From positions 1 through 64,000 of the forward strand of contig CAXTYC010000017.1 of the NCBI GenBank assembly GCA_964248365.1: DNA of 64,000 nt, given 5' to 3'. This DNA is from an uncultured Chroococcidiopsis sp. (lineage in GTDB: Bacteria > Cyanobacteriota > Cyanobacteriia > Cyanobacteriales > Chroococcidiopsidaceae). A model generated the notes under the pieces. It was given only the letters and a program-made list of their open reading frames with translations. It ran no database searches and was not told the DNA's origin. Shown here piece after piece: positions 51,630 to 62,047 of the stretch (position 1 is the first letter of the stretch; each line of letters starts with the position of its first letter). Both the position numbers and the translations under genes were made by a program.

Positions 51630-54600
51630 TTATTTGGCTAGAGCGACAAACTCTTGAATAGCTTTCACATCAAGAGGCTGAGTTTGCAGAGAACGGATAG
51701 CGGCGGCGGTGGCTCTTGCTCCGGCGATTGTAGTGATGATGGGGATTTTGTAAGCTAACGCTGTACGACGAATTAGCCTAGCATCGGTTTGTGCTTCTGA
51801 GCCAGAGGGTGAGTTGACGATCAGTTGAATTTGCCCATTTTTCATGGCATCCAGAACATGAGGGCGACCTTCATGCAGCTTGAGGATAAGGTCAACATTT
51901 AACCCATTTTCTTGCAAAACTTTGCGTGTACCGTCTGTTGCGACAACTTTAAAGCCTAGCTGGAGGAAGTCTTTGACTACGGGAACGACCAAGGGTTTAT
52001 CGCGTTCACTCATTGAGACAAACACTGTTCCACTTAGAGGTAATACCTCCCCTGCACCTAATTCCGCCTTAGCAAAAGCAAGACCAAAAGTGCTGTCAAT
52101 GCCCATCACTTCCCCAGTCGAGCGCATTTCTGGTCCTAAAATTGTATCCGTACCAGGAAACTTCTTAAACGGTAGAACGGCTTCTTTAACAGCAATATGG
52201 TTCGGTTTGGGTTCTTCGGTAAGTCCCAAAGACTCTAAAGTTTCACCCGCCATCACCAAAGAGGCAAGTTTGGCTAATGGTACACCAGTTGCCTTAGAAA
52301 CAAACGGTACAGTTCGAGAAGCACGGGGGTTAGCCTCCAAAATGTAAACTTGAGGATTATAACCATGCGCCTCGACTACGGCAAATTGGATATTCATCAA
52401 ACCAATTACCTTCAACGCCTGTGCCAGTTGCACCGTCCAGGTACGAATTTGATCTAAAACTGCCGCAGGTAAAGAAATCGCAGGTAACGAGCAAGCCGAA
52501 TCACCTGAATGAATTCCCGCCTGTTCGATGTGTTCCATGATACCACCGATCACTACTCTTCCGGTGTGATCGGCGATCGCATCCACATCTACTTCGATCG
52601 CATTCTCCAAAAACTTATCAATCAAAATCGGATGATCTGGCTCTACCTGAACAGCAAAAGTCATGTAGCGCTCTAAATCATTATCACTGTAGACAATTTC
52701 CATTGCCCGTCCGCCCAACACATAGCTAGGACGCACCACTACGGGATAACCAATTTTTTGCGCGATCGCCAAAGCATCTTCATAACTTCTGGCAATCCCA
52801 TTCGGCGGCTGAGTAATATTCAACTGATACAGAATCTTCTCAAACCTTTCGCGGTCTTCTGCGATATCAATTGAGTCTGGCGAAGTTCCCCAAATTTTGG
52901 TAATGATTCCTGAAAACTCACTTTGCGCCTTTGCGCCGGACACTTTGCCTCCTGTCGGAAACCCGCTATCGCTTGTGTCCTCGTCTTTGCGTGACAGAAA
53001 CTCTTGAAGTGGTACAGCCAACTTTAGCGGAGTTTGCCCGCCAAACTGAACAATTACCCCAATTGGATTTTCTGCCTCAATGATGTTTAGCACATCTTCC
53101 TTGGTCAAAGGCTCAAAGTAGAGGCGATCGCTTGTGTCATAATCGGTCGAAACTGTCTCTGGATTTGAGTTAACCATAATCGTTTCAAAACCAGCTGCTT
53201 TAAGAGCATAGCTAGCGTGACAACAACAATAGTCAAACTCAATACCTTGCCCAATGCGGTTAGGTCCACCACCCAAAATCATTACTTTCTGCTTGTCAGA
53301 ACCAAGTATTTCTGATTCATCTTCGTAAGTTGAGTAGTGGTAGGGGGTAAACGCCTCAAACTCTGCCGCACAGGTATCTACTGTTTTATAAACTGGGATT
53401 ACACCTAGAGAATGGCGATAGGCACGGACAGAATCTTCTGTTGTTTTCGTAGCAAAAGCGATTTGGCGATCGCTAAATCCTTGTTTTTTCACTGCATATA
53501 ATTGCTCTTTTGTCAACTGCTCTAACGTAGTTCGTTTGAGAAACTTCTCAGTATCGAGCAAGGATTGCATCTGATCCAAGAACCAGGGATCGATACCAGT
53601 TAGCTCGTAGATTTCCTCAACACTCATCCCCAGTAGCATCGCGTGACGCAGGGCAAAAATTCGCTCTGGATTGGGTGTCCGCAGCTGGGCGCGGATTTGT
53701 TCACCACTGGGCAGCTTTTCGGTTTTGTCGCAACCCCAGCCAGCCCGACCTGTTTCTAGGGATCTGAGTGCTTTTTGAAACGATTCGTTAAACGTCCGCC
53801 CGATCGCCATTGCTTCCCCTACTGACTTCATTTGCGTCGTCAGCACTGGTTCCGAACCAGGAAACTTTTCAAACGCAAATCGGGGAACTTTTGTCACCAC
53901 ATAGTCAATAGTAGGCTCAAACGACGCTGGTGTTTTCTTAGTAATGTCGTTGCTAATTTCATCCAACGTGTAGCCGATCGCCAATTTCGCCGCAAACTTA
54001 GCAATGGGAAACCCCGTAGCTTTGGAAGCCAAAGCCGAACTACGAGAAACACGGGGGTTCATTTCAATCACAACCACATCCCCATTGACGGGATTGACAG
54101 CAAACTGGATATTAGAACCGCCAGTTTCTACACCTATCTCGCGGATGATTTTAATTGCCGCATCGCGTAGGCGCTGATATTCTTTATCTGTCAAGGTTTG
54201 GGCTGGAGCGACGGTAATTGAATCTCCGGTATGAATACCCATCGGATCGATATTTTCAATCGAGCAGATAATCACAACGTTATCTGCCAAATCACGCATT
54301 ACTTCAAGTTCGTATTCTTTCCAACCGAGCAGAGATTGATCGATCAGAATTTGTGAAACTGGACTAGCATCAATACCCGCTTGTGCCATTTCCTCAAATT
54401 CTTCTTGGTTGTAGGAAATACCGCCACCACTACCGCCCATAGTAAAGGCGGGACGGATAATTAGGGGATAAGTGCCAATTTCACGGGCGATCGCTTTGGC
54501 TTCTTCTAAAGTGGAGGCTGTACCACTGGGACACATTTTCACCCCAATTCGATCCATCGCCTCTTTAAATAGTTGCCGATCTTCGGCTTTCTCAATCGCT

Positions 54601-54962
54601 GGTAACTTAGCTCCAATTAGCTCAACATTGTACTTATCTAATACTCCATTGTGAGCCAACGCCACAGCAATATTCAGCGCTGTTTGTCCTCCCATCGTTG
54701 GCAATAATGCATCTGGTCGTTCCTTGGCAATTACCTTTTCGACCAATTCCGGTGTGAGTGGTTCGATATAAGTTCGATCTGCCGTTTCCGGATCGGTCAT
54801 AATTGTAGCGGGGTTAGAATTGACCAGCACCACTTGGTAGCCTTCTTCGCGCAGGGCTTTACAGGCTTGCGTACCTGAGTAGTCAAACTCGCAGGCTTGC
54901 CCAATTACAATAGGACCAGAACCAAGCAGCAGAATTTTGCGGATATCTTTGCGGCGGGGCAT
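51630..54962 (-). CDS. carB: Carbamoyl-phosphate synthase large subunit
   Basis: MPRRKDI...[10 protein letters not shown], two ATP-grasp domains, MGS domain. Confidence 0.98.
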   Translation of the reverse strand: MPRRKDIRKILLLGSGPIVIGQACEFDYSGTQACKALREEGYQVVLVNSNPATIMTDPETADRTYIEPLTPELVEKVIAKERPDALLPTMGGQTALNIAVALAHNGVLDKYNVELIGAKLPAIEKAEDRQLFKEAMDRIGVKMCPSGTASTLEEAKAIAREIGTYPLIIRPAFTMGGSGGGISYNQEEFEEMAQAGIDASPVSQILIDQSLLGWKEYELEVMRDLADNVVIICSIENIDPMGIHTGDSITVAPAQTLTDKEYQRLRDAAIKIIREIGVETGGSNIQFAVNPVNGDVVVIEMNPRVSRSSALASKATGFPIAKFAAKLAIGYTLDEISNDITKKTPASFEPTIDYVVTKVPRFAFEKFPGSEPVLTTQMKSVGEAMAIGRTFNESFQKALRSLETGRAGWGCDKTEKLPSGEQIRAQLRTPNPERIFALRHAMLLGMSVEEIYELTGIDPWFLDQMQSLLDTEKFLKRTTLEQLTKEQLYAVKKQGFSDRQIAFATKTTEDSVRAYRHSLGVIPVYKTVDTCAAEFEAFTPYHYSTYEDESEILGSDKQKVMILGGGPNRIGQGIEFDYCCCHASYALKAAGFETIMVNSNPETVSTDYDTSDRLYFEPLTKEDVLNIIEAENPIGVIVQFGGQTPLKLAVPLQEFLSRKDEDTSDSGFPTGGKVSGAKAQSEFSGIITKIWGTSPDSIDIAEDRERFEKILYQLNITQPPNGIARSYEDALAIAQKIGYPVVVRPSYVLGGRAMEIVYSDNDLERYMTFAVQVEPDHPILIDKFLENAIEVDVDAIADHTGRVVIGGIMEHIEQAGIHSGDSACSLPAISLPAAVLDQIRTWTVQLAQALKVIGLMNIQFAVVEAHGYNPQVYILEANPRASRTVPFVSKATGVPLAKLASLVMAGETLESLGLTEEPKPNHIAVKEAVLPFKKFPGTDTILGPEMRSTGEVMGIDSTFGLAFAKAELGAGEVLPLSGTVFVSMSERDKPLVVPVVKDFLQLGFKVVATDGTRKVLQENGLNVDLILKLHEGRPHVLDAMKNGQIQLIVNSPSGSEAQTDARLIRRTALAYKIPIITTIAGARATAAAIRSLQTQPLDVKAIQEFVALAK
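52921..52995 (-). repeat. GGACAC...GTGTCC family repeat inserted in frame in carB
   Basis: Encodes [25 protein letters not shown]; homologous to 15081-15154. Confidence 0.8.
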
Positions 54963-55080
54963 AGTCGTTTGTTTAGTTCTGAGTATGAGTATTCAAATCC
55001 TGACTATTGTAAGCGTCTTTCCCCACAACTAAAGTTGTCTATTTAGCAACTTTTCCAAGGATTGATCATTTATTTGAGGG

Positions 55081-55213
55081 GCTAGAGGCTAGGGGCTAGG
55101 GACTAGTAAAGAGAGCTGGGGAGGCTGGGGAGGCTGGGGGATCTGGGGGGAAATTACCTTTTCCCTTTTCCCTTTTCCCTTTTCCCTTTCCCCTAGCCTC
55201 TAGCCCCTAGCCC
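55081..55213. repeat. Composite heptamer repeats (GGCTAGG, TTTTCCC, CCCTAGC) forming a large inverted structure
   Basis: Directly visible. Confidence 0.75.
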
Positions 55214-55762
55214 CTAATGTCTGCCTCCCATGAATCCCAGTGTCAGGCTGTCATGGGCGAGGAAGTGACCGAGATGGTAAGCTCTTTCTTCGGTTTTGAT
55301 CAGGATTGTTTCGTATAGATAGCGGGTAGCGCGATCGCCTAAACTTTCTGCTTGGGCAGCTTGGCGACGAATTAGACTAATTATCGCTTGCTCGGCGGCT
55401 AAGTCATGTTCGACCATTTGGCGGCAAAGATATACACCGTCCTGTTCCTGCTCAAAGCAGCACAATTGGGCTAATTTGCTAAAGCTAGCTACTGGAACGC
55501 CACCTAGTCCATCCAAGCGTTCGCCAATATCATGGGCGTGTCCTTGAACTTGTTCGTAGCTCTCGCTAAAAAACTGATGCAGCATATAAAATTCTGCACC
55601 TTCAACCACGAAATGATGCTTTTGATATTGCAGATACAAGCCCTGAAAACTCGCAAGGGCAATGTTTAACCCTTCACACACAGGCATCGTGACACTACGA
55701 TCCAGCAGAATGGGATTGTCATATACCTGACCAAAGTTGCGTAATAAAGCGGCTTCTGACAT
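55214..55762 (-). CDS. dps: Dps family ferritin-like protein
   Basis: [18 protein letters not shown]. Confidence 0.88.
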   Translation of the reverse strand: MSEAALLRNFGQVYDNPILLDRSVTMPVCEGLNIALASFQGLYLQYQKHHFVVEGAEFYMLHQFFSESYEQVQGHAHDIGERLDGLGGVPVASFSKLAQLCCFEQEQDGVYLCRQMVEHDLAAEQAIISLIRRQAAQAESLGDRATRYLYETILIKTEERAYHLGHFLAHDSLTLGFMGGRH

Positions 55763-56008
55763 AGTTTTCCTCCCTTTTTGGCAGTTTTAATTGCCGACTG
55801 CTTCAATCCACTAACATTATCCCTTTTTAGTCAATCCCCACCCTTGGGGTTAATTCATATTTTGCACCAGTCTTTAATAGAGGCTGAGTCTGGATACAGC
55901 TATTACCCAGACTTCCTCTGGCTACTAGATAGGGGAGAAAGGTGCAAGATGTCGAGTTAAGAAACGCGATCCCACTTTTCACCCTCTTTGTCTTCATAAA
56001 TTCTTATT

Positions 56009-56048
56009 AATGCAAATTTATTGCAAAAGTCTTGAGAATTATTTGCAG
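56009..56048. promoter_or_regulatory. Fur/PerR-like AT-rich boxes
   Basis: AATGCAAATTTATTGCAA and TTGAGAATTATTTGCA between divergent dps and Fe-S genes. Confidence 0.45.
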
Positions 56049-56155
56049 TTAGGATATGCTAATGGCTAGATGCTGAACTCTCACAGTTACTAAAAGTGAG
56101 AGTTGCAGCTATTCAAAGCTAGTGCGAGTTAATTTCGGCTTCGGAGGAAATTGTT

Positions 56156-56407
56156 TTGACGTTGGGTTGTCAATCAGAATTCAAGAAGATAGTTGATGTC
56201 AATAGGGCAGATCGGTGGCAAGTGTATCACCGCTTACAAGAGTTAGATATTCCTTGTTCGTGCGCCACAGAGCAGCCATTGATAGTTCACATTGCTAATG
56301 TAGTGTCGGCGGTTCAAATTTGGAGTGTTTCAAGGCAATTTACCTGTTCTCGTCAAGATTTGGTGTGGTGGCTAAAGCGCTGCTGGCAGTATAACCAGCA
56401 GCGTTAA
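56156..56407 (+). CDS. Asr1405/Asl0597 family small protein
   Basis: DRWQVYHRLQELDIPC, QIWSV, WLKRCW. Confidence 0.75.
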   Translation: MTLGCQSEFKKIVDVNRADRWQVYHRLQELDIPCSCATEQPLIVHIANVVSAVQIWSVSRQFTCSRQDLVWWLKRCWQYNQQR

Positions 56408-56444
56408 TTGTATTCATATTTAAAATCAGAGAGGTTACAAAAAG

Positions 56445-57080
56445 ATGAGTAAATTTCATTTTGGTAAAGAAGTCTCAGCCTTTAGCCTGGAAGGAAAGCT
56501 TCTAGGTTTTGAGTTTGAAGATGGCTATAAGCGCAAATATCTACGGATAGAGAGTTTAGAAGGTGAATACTACTGCATCAAACTTGCCAAATACTTAAGA
56601 TCATCCTTCGAGTTAGATTTGCAGCTAGGGGATTGGGTGCAGATTTTTGGGGAAAAGAAGTTTGACTCTAAAAAAGGCACTCTCAAACTGAAAGCCAGTC
56701 GAGTAATTTTGGCAGGTAACAAACAAACCAAAACGCCTGTTCCATCCAAACCCAAGCCTATACAAGGCAAAGCTAATATTTTGGTGTGTCAAAAGTCTGA
56801 TTGCATGAAACGCGGTGGAAAAGGAGTTTGTCAGGCTTTGCAAGCAGCTATAAGCGATCGCGGTTTAGAAAACCAGGTAGCAATCAAAGGAACTGGTTGT
56901 CTCAAACAGTGCAAAGCGGGACCAAATGTGATAATGCCAGATAAAACCCGTTACACTCGCATTCAAGCAGAGCAAATCCCCGAAGTGATTGACAGACATT
57001 TCCCAGCCCCAAGTGTCGATGAGCAGTCAGCCAGGGAAAAAGAATTAGCAACCGTCGGGATAGCACAGCATTGCGATTAA
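56445..57080 (+). CDS. Thioredoxin-like (2Fe-2S) ferredoxin domain protein
   Basis: CQKSDC...TGCLKQCKAGP. Confidence 0.82.
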   Translation: MSKFHFGKEVSAFSLEGKLLGFEFEDGYKRKYLRIESLEGEYYCIKLAKYLRSSFELDLQLGDWVQIFGEKKFDSKKGTLKLKASRVILAGNKQTKTPVPSKPKPIQGKANILVCQKSDCMKRGGKGVCQALQAAISDRGLENQVAIKGTGCLKQCKAGPNVIMPDKTRYTRIQAEQIPEVIDRHFPAPSVDEQSAREKELATVGIAQHCD

Positions 57081-57243
57081 ATGAAAATAATTGACAATAA
57101 CTTAGAGGCGGGACACTCATCTAAGTTTATGACAATCTTTTGCAATTTCTGAGCAAGAAAGGGTAATTTCGATACAAATATACACATTTGAAACAATTAT
57201 TAAATGCTTTAATATAGAAAGGCAAAAAAGAATTTTTTAAATA

Positions 57244-57567
57244 ATGAATCCGAGTATTGTAGCCGCGATCGCCTACGGTATTTTAGCGATAATTGGCGGC
57301 ATTATTGGATACATTCAAGCTCGGAGTAAAGCATCGCTCATCTCTGGGATAATCAGCGGCGTACTACTGATTATCGGCGGAGTAATGCAATTACAGGGAC
57401 AATCCTGGGGGCTGATCTTGGCATCAGTTGTTACAGTTTGTCTAATAATTGTATTTGCAATGCGGCTAACTAAAACCCGCAAATTTATGCCAGCAGGATT
57501 GATGACTGTGCTAGGTGTAGCTGCATTAGTAATTATGCTTAAAGAGGGGCTAGGGGCTAGAGGCTAG
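57244..57567 (+). CDS. TMEM14 family membrane protein
   Basis: GGIIGY...SKASLISG, KFMPAGL. Confidence 0.85.
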   Translation: MNPSIVAAIAYGILAIIGGIIGYIQARSKASLISGIISGVLLIIGGVMQLQGQSWGLILASVVTVCLIIVFAMRLTKTRKFMPAGLMTVLGVAALVIMLKEGLGARG

Positions 57568-57606
57568 GGGCTAGTGTTGAGGACAACAAGGGCAAGGGAG
57601 AATTAA

Positions 57607-57924
57607 CTATTCTAACTTCTGACTTGTGACTCCTGACTCCTGAGTGCTGACTTCTGACTCCTGTTTATACATAATCTTCAGCACCAAAATCATAGAGGCG
57701 AAAAGAAAGGTGACGATGTTTGCCGCAATAATCGGAATATTTTGAATATAAAAGCCGTATACTAACCACAAAATAATTCCTGTACACAGAACAATCAGCA
57801 TACTCCAAGAAAGATCGTGCGCTGATTTCGTTTGCCAAGTTTTGATTAGTTGGGGTAAATAGGCGATCGTTGTGAGTACTCCTGCTATTAGCCCTAGAGC
57901 GGTGATAAAATCAAATTCTTCCAT
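57607..57924 (-). CDS. SemiSWEET family transporter
   Basis: LTTIAYLPQLIKTWQTKSAHDLS (PQ-loop), LWLVYG. Confidence 0.88.
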   Translation of the reverse strand: MEEFDFITALGLIAGVLTTIAYLPQLIKTWQTKSAHDLSWSMLIVLCTGIILWLVYGFYIQNIPIIAANIVTFLFASMILVLKIMYKQESEVSTQESGVTSQKLE

Positions 57925-58387
57925 TTGAGTACCCTACCTGTTTTTTTCCAATCTCACCAGTGCCGACATTTTAGCCTTTGTTGCACACAACCACAAATAA
58001 GATCAAAAGTCATTCGTAGCTCAGCAATGCCCACAGGGGTAAAAATAATTGCAAAAATATCGAAATTTTTTAGGTTTAAGCCAACGGGATGAATTAGTTT
58101 TGTTGTACAATAGTTTTACTTAATAATGGAAATCTATGCGCTTTTGAAAATTTGGCACAGATTTCCATTATGAAATAAGCATATCAGAAAACTCCCTGCA
58201 TATCAACCCACATCTTGCCTTTTTGTCCTGACTTTTAGCTATTTTTAATGGCGTTGCACAATTAAGAGATAATATTGTTTGTTTTTCTTTGCGGCTACTC
58301 GTTTGATGCGTCGAGACGCAACACCTTTTTAATTGAATAAATTCGGGCATAATTTCTTTGTTTTTTACGGTGGGCATGGGTGGCGTA

Positions 58388-59530
58388 CTACTCCCGCAGA
58401 ATTCCCATACCAGCTTCTCTTTCGATATAATCTGCTAAATTGATAAAATCATCGCGGGGATGACATTTCCCCCCAATCAATTGAAATGCTAACTCGCTTG
58501 ATGGGTTTTCAGGATTTTCTAGAATATGAATGCCCCAGTAATAAAGTTGATCTGAGGTGCGAATACAGACTTTTTCTGGATCTATACAGTGAAACTTATC
58601 ATCAGTTTGACTGATTTCTTTGTATGTATCTAAGAAAGCATTTCTTAGCAGCTTTAGACGTTTTATACCTGGAACTTTAAAATTATTTACCAGAACAAAT
58701 AAGTGAGCAGTTTTATTGATTTCCCTGATTTTTTTTACAGTGTCTTGAATTACGATACCATGTTTGTTTATTCCTAAAGGATTTAAAGTAGTAGGGATAA
58801 CGCAATAATCAAATCGCTCAACTAGTTCTTTAGGATTGCGCTCAAGTGCAGGTGAACAATCACAAATTACTATTTTGCAATCACGGGCAGCATTTTCATC
58901 CCAGTCTCTGGCATCATATACTTCGATAGTTGTACCAACACCTTGCTTTTTGGGAACGTAAACACCATCACCTACAAGTTTTTGTAAATTTTGTTCTGGA
59001 TCTAAATCTACAATAGCAACATTGAATCCTTGCAGAGCAAATGCACCTGCTAAATGTGCTGATACTGTTGTTTTACCTACACCACCTTTGCAAGTAAAAA
59101 CGCCGAAATATATCTTTTCTTTCGGGGGTTGGGGTGATGGCTCATCTGATTCACCGTTAACCCAAATAATCTCGTTTTCGCCAGCGACTCCACAACGGAT
59201 ATTAGTATCTTTACCCCAGGATTTGATTAAAGCACGGGCTGAGCCGCTGTAATCTTTTGTTGTAACAAAAATACCATAATTAAACTGTTGCCCTGCTTTG
59301 GAATCTAAAAAATCAACAAACTTTAAAATTTGTGGTGCTGCTACATTGTTTTTTAGCCATTTTACCTGAACAGCAGCAACTACATCTCCTTTGCTGACAA
59401 CTAAATCATAGCCTGCCTGATTTTGTTGAGGAGTTACAACAGTCCAACCGTGTCTATGGAAAATTCTTGCTACGTGCTGCTCGAAGTGGGTAAAGTCTTG
59501 TATGTAGGGTGGCTCTAAGGATGAGGACAT
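58388..59530 (-). CDS. Mrr-type restriction endonuclease domain fused to a ParA/MinD ATPase
   Basis: FEQHV...GYDLV...VQVK, then KGGVGKTT, DLDPEQN, DCSP; ATG at 59530. Confidence 0.8.
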   Translation of the reverse strand: MSSSLEPPYIQDFTHFEQHVARIFHRHGWTVVTPQQNQAGYDLVVSKGDVVAAVQVKWLKNNVAAPQILKFVDFLDSKAGQQFNYGIFVTTKDYSGSARALIKSWGKDTNIRCGVAGENEIIWVNGESDEPSPQPPKEKIYFGVFTCKGGVGKTTVSAHLAGAFALQGFNVAIVDLDPEQNLQKLVGDGVYVPKKQGVGTTIEVYDARDWDENAARDCKIVICDCSPALERNPKELVERFDYCVIPTTLNPLGINKHGIVIQDTVKKIREINKTAHLFVLVNNFKVPGIKRLKLLRNAFLDTYKEISQTDDKFHCIDPEKVCIRTSDQLYYWGIHILENPENPSSELAFQLIGGKCHPRDDFINLADYIEREAGMGILRE

Positions 59531-59561
59531 AGATAGCAACCATTTTCCCAGGAGTGGGGGT

Positions 59562-59707
59562 GGGTTTAACAGACATATCTGTGAGAAAACAGACAATCTT
59601 GAAAAACTGACTCCTACTTATTAAAACCCTTATTTGATCTGATGTCTACAGGTGGGGGGCGGGTTTAACAGACATATCTGTGAGAAAACAGACAATCTTG
59701 AAAAACT
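59562..59707 (+). repeat. Two identical 47 bp direct repeats with a 99 bp period
   Basis: gggtttaacagacatatctgtgagaaaacagacaatcttgaaaaact at 59562-59608 and 59661-59707. Confidence 0.9.
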
Positions 59708-59712
59708 TGCCC

Positions 59713-60046
59713 CTACGGATTTTGGTTTTCTCCGTCTCGTCGCAGTAGATAGGAAAATAAATTTTCCAACCTTTCCACAGCAGCATTGAGACTTACTAAG
59801 TTTGCATCTGTCCTTGTTTTGTATTCCTCAAATTCTTGTCTTCTTTCTTCGGCATCTTCGCGCAGAATCTCAACTGCTCTCTCGAGTTCTACCGGAAGCT
59901 TCAGCCAAAACATTTACTGAAGCTCTAACTTCTGCAATGGCGTTGCTGTTAGCTTCAATTGCTTTAGCGTTTGAATCTATTCTGTAAGAAAGTGCTTTTA
60001 CTAATGCTTCAATTCTGTCTAAACGGTCAGAGTTATAATTGGTCAT
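59713..60046 (-). pseudogene. Small coiled-coil protein with one frameshift
   Basis: MTNYNSDRLDRIEALV...NAIAEV hits a stop; ELERAVEILREDAEERRQ continues in another frame near 59890. Confidence 0.55.
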
Positions 60047-60283
60047 TGGCTGTTGGAATGAGTAGATTTACACTAATTTTAAATGTTAGAGCTATGAGTG
60101 CGATCGCACCAGACAAAAAGGCGATCAAATAAGTGCGATCGCCTTTGCATATAGTCTGGTAAGTTAAACCCTTAGATAGGCATAGCTTAACTTTACAAAT
60201 GGGTAGCAATTGCATCGTGACTTAACTGCTATAACAGGGAAAACTAAAGTTATAGCAATTATTATCCGCCCCAGGAGATATGT

Positions 60284-61963
60284 ATGAGTCGCGTGAACAT
60301 TCATGGTGCTGAGTATCCAATTGGTAAAGTATTTAGCGATGAATTTGTCTTCACTATTCCTCTTTATCAACGTCCCTATGCTTGGAGTACTGAGCAAGCT
60401 GGGGAAATGCTTGAAGACTTTTTATCATTTTTGTCAGATAATAACGACTCGGTAGAGGAAATCAATCCCTACTTTCTAGGTAGCATAGTGCTGATCAAAG
60501 CAGATAAACCAGATGCTCAAGTCGTAGATGGACAGCAACGTTTAACTACCTTGACTATCCTGCTAGCAGCTTTACGAGCATCAGTACCTATTGAACACAC
60601 AAACGATTTAACTACATATCTTTACCAAAAAGGCAGTTCGATTGCTGGTACTCCTAACCGTTATCGTTTGACTTTACGTGAGCGAGATGCACAATTTTTT
60701 CAGCAATACATTCAGGATGAAGTAGGTATTAATCAGCTAGAAAATTTAAACTCTGCCCAGCTTTCCGATAGTCAGCAAAACATGAAAGATAATGCTCTCT
60801 TATTCCTCAAGCGCTTGCAAGAAATTTCTGAATTAGAACGACTTCGCCTTGCACAGTTCATTGTTAATCGGTGTTTCTTAGTAGTAGTTTCTACTCCTGA
60901 TTTTGAGTCGGCATATAGAATATTTTCTGTGCTGAACGACAGAGGTTTGAATCTATCTCATACTGACATTCTTAAAGCTGAAATAATCGGTCAAATACCT
61001 AGTCAGCAACAGGAAAAATACAGCGTTAAGTGGGAATATATCGAGGAGAAACTGGGACGCGAGATGTTCCAAGATCTCTTTACTCACATCAGAATGATTT
61101 ATCGCAAGGCGAAACCCCGTGAAAGCGTACTCAAAGAATTTCGTCAATATGTTCGACCTACTGATAATCCTCCTCAGTTTATAGATGAAACTTTACGTCC
61201 TCTTGCTGATGCCTTTTTTGATATTAAAAATGCCACCTATCAAAGCGCTAAGTATGCAGATGAAATTAATAAAATATTTAGGTGGTTAAATAGGATAGAT
61301 AATTTTGATTGGGTTCCTGCCGCCATTCTTTATCTATCACAAAATTACAACAAAAATGAAAATTTATTGCGTTTCTTTTACGATCTGGAACGCCTCACCG
61401 CAGGTTTATTTATTCGTCGAACCGATCTTAATGGACGAGTTGAACGTTATAGCAAACTGCTAACTGCTATTGAATGTGGGGAAGACTTATACAAAACAGA
61501 TTCACCTCTCCAACTTACGCCGAAAGAGCAAAATGATATCCTGCAAAACCTGAATGCCGATTTCTTAATTCTGAAAATTCGCCGCTATGTCTTGCTACGT
61601 CTAGATACTGCACTCTCTGAGGGTGAAGCGATGTACAACTTCCCTATCATTACTGTCGAACACGTCCTACCGCAACACCCAGCTCATAATAGTGTTTGGA
61701 TCAGGTGGTTTCCTGACAAGGAAAAACGGGAAAAATATGTACATTGTTTAGGAAACCTACTTTTACTTTCTAAGGCGAAAAACAACCAAGCGCAAAACTA
61801 TGACTTTGATGAGAAAAAGCGCCAGTATTTTACCACCGCTAAAGGTGTTTCCTCGTTTGCGCTGACTACCCAAGTGCTGCGGGAACAAAAATGGACACCT
61901 GAAGTAATCGAACGACGACAGAAGGAATTAATAGGTGTTCTTAAACAAGTTTGGCGTTTATAA
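60284..61963 (+). CDS. GmrSD-type (DUF262 + DUF1524) modification-dependent restriction protein
   Basis: IPLYQRPYAW, DGQQRLTT, FSVLNDRG, C-terminal EHVLPQ...GNLLLL...N. Confidence 0.88.
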   Translation: MSRVNIHGAEYPIGKVFSDEFVFTIPLYQRPYAWSTEQAGEMLEDFLSFLSDNNDSVEEINPYFLGSIVLIKADKPDAQVVDGQQRLTTLTILLAALRASVPIEHTNDLTTYLYQKGSSIAGTPNRYRLTLRERDAQFFQQYIQDEVGINQLENLNSAQLSDSQQNMKDNALLFLKRLQEISELERLRLAQFIVNRCFLVVVSTPDFESAYRIFSVLNDRGLNLSHTDILKAEIIGQIPSQQQEKYSVKWEYIEEKLGREMFQDLFTHIRMIYRKAKPRESVLKEFRQYVRPTDNPPQFIDETLRPLADAFFDIKNATYQSAKYADEINKIFRWLNRIDNFDWVPAAILYLSQNYNKNENLLRFFYDLERLTAGLFIRRTDLNGRVERYSKLLTAIECGEDLYKTDSPLQLTPKEQNDILQNLNADFLILKIRRYVLLRLDTALSEGEAMYNFPIITVEHVLPQHPAHNSVWIRWFPDKEKREKYVHCLGNLLLLSKAKNNQAQNYDFDEKKRQYFTTAKGVSSFALTTQVLREQKWTPEVIERRQKELIGVLKQVWRL

Positions 61964-62047
61964 GTATGAGGCTGGCGTGATGTAATTAAACCACCAATTG
62001 AGATAAGAATAAGGAAAGCCATCTCTCATCTCACATAGCTAATCATC

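Noticed and set aside
51880..54654. Several + strand ORFs within carB
   Set aside because: Antisense shadows of a highly conserved gene
58388..59530. Plasmid or chromosome partition locus
   Set aside because: No parB or rep gene adjacent, and the ATPase is fused to a nuclease domain
59562..59707. Possible CRISPR array
   Set aside because: Only two 47 bp copies, they belong to the GTAGGGG REP-like family, and there are no cas genes
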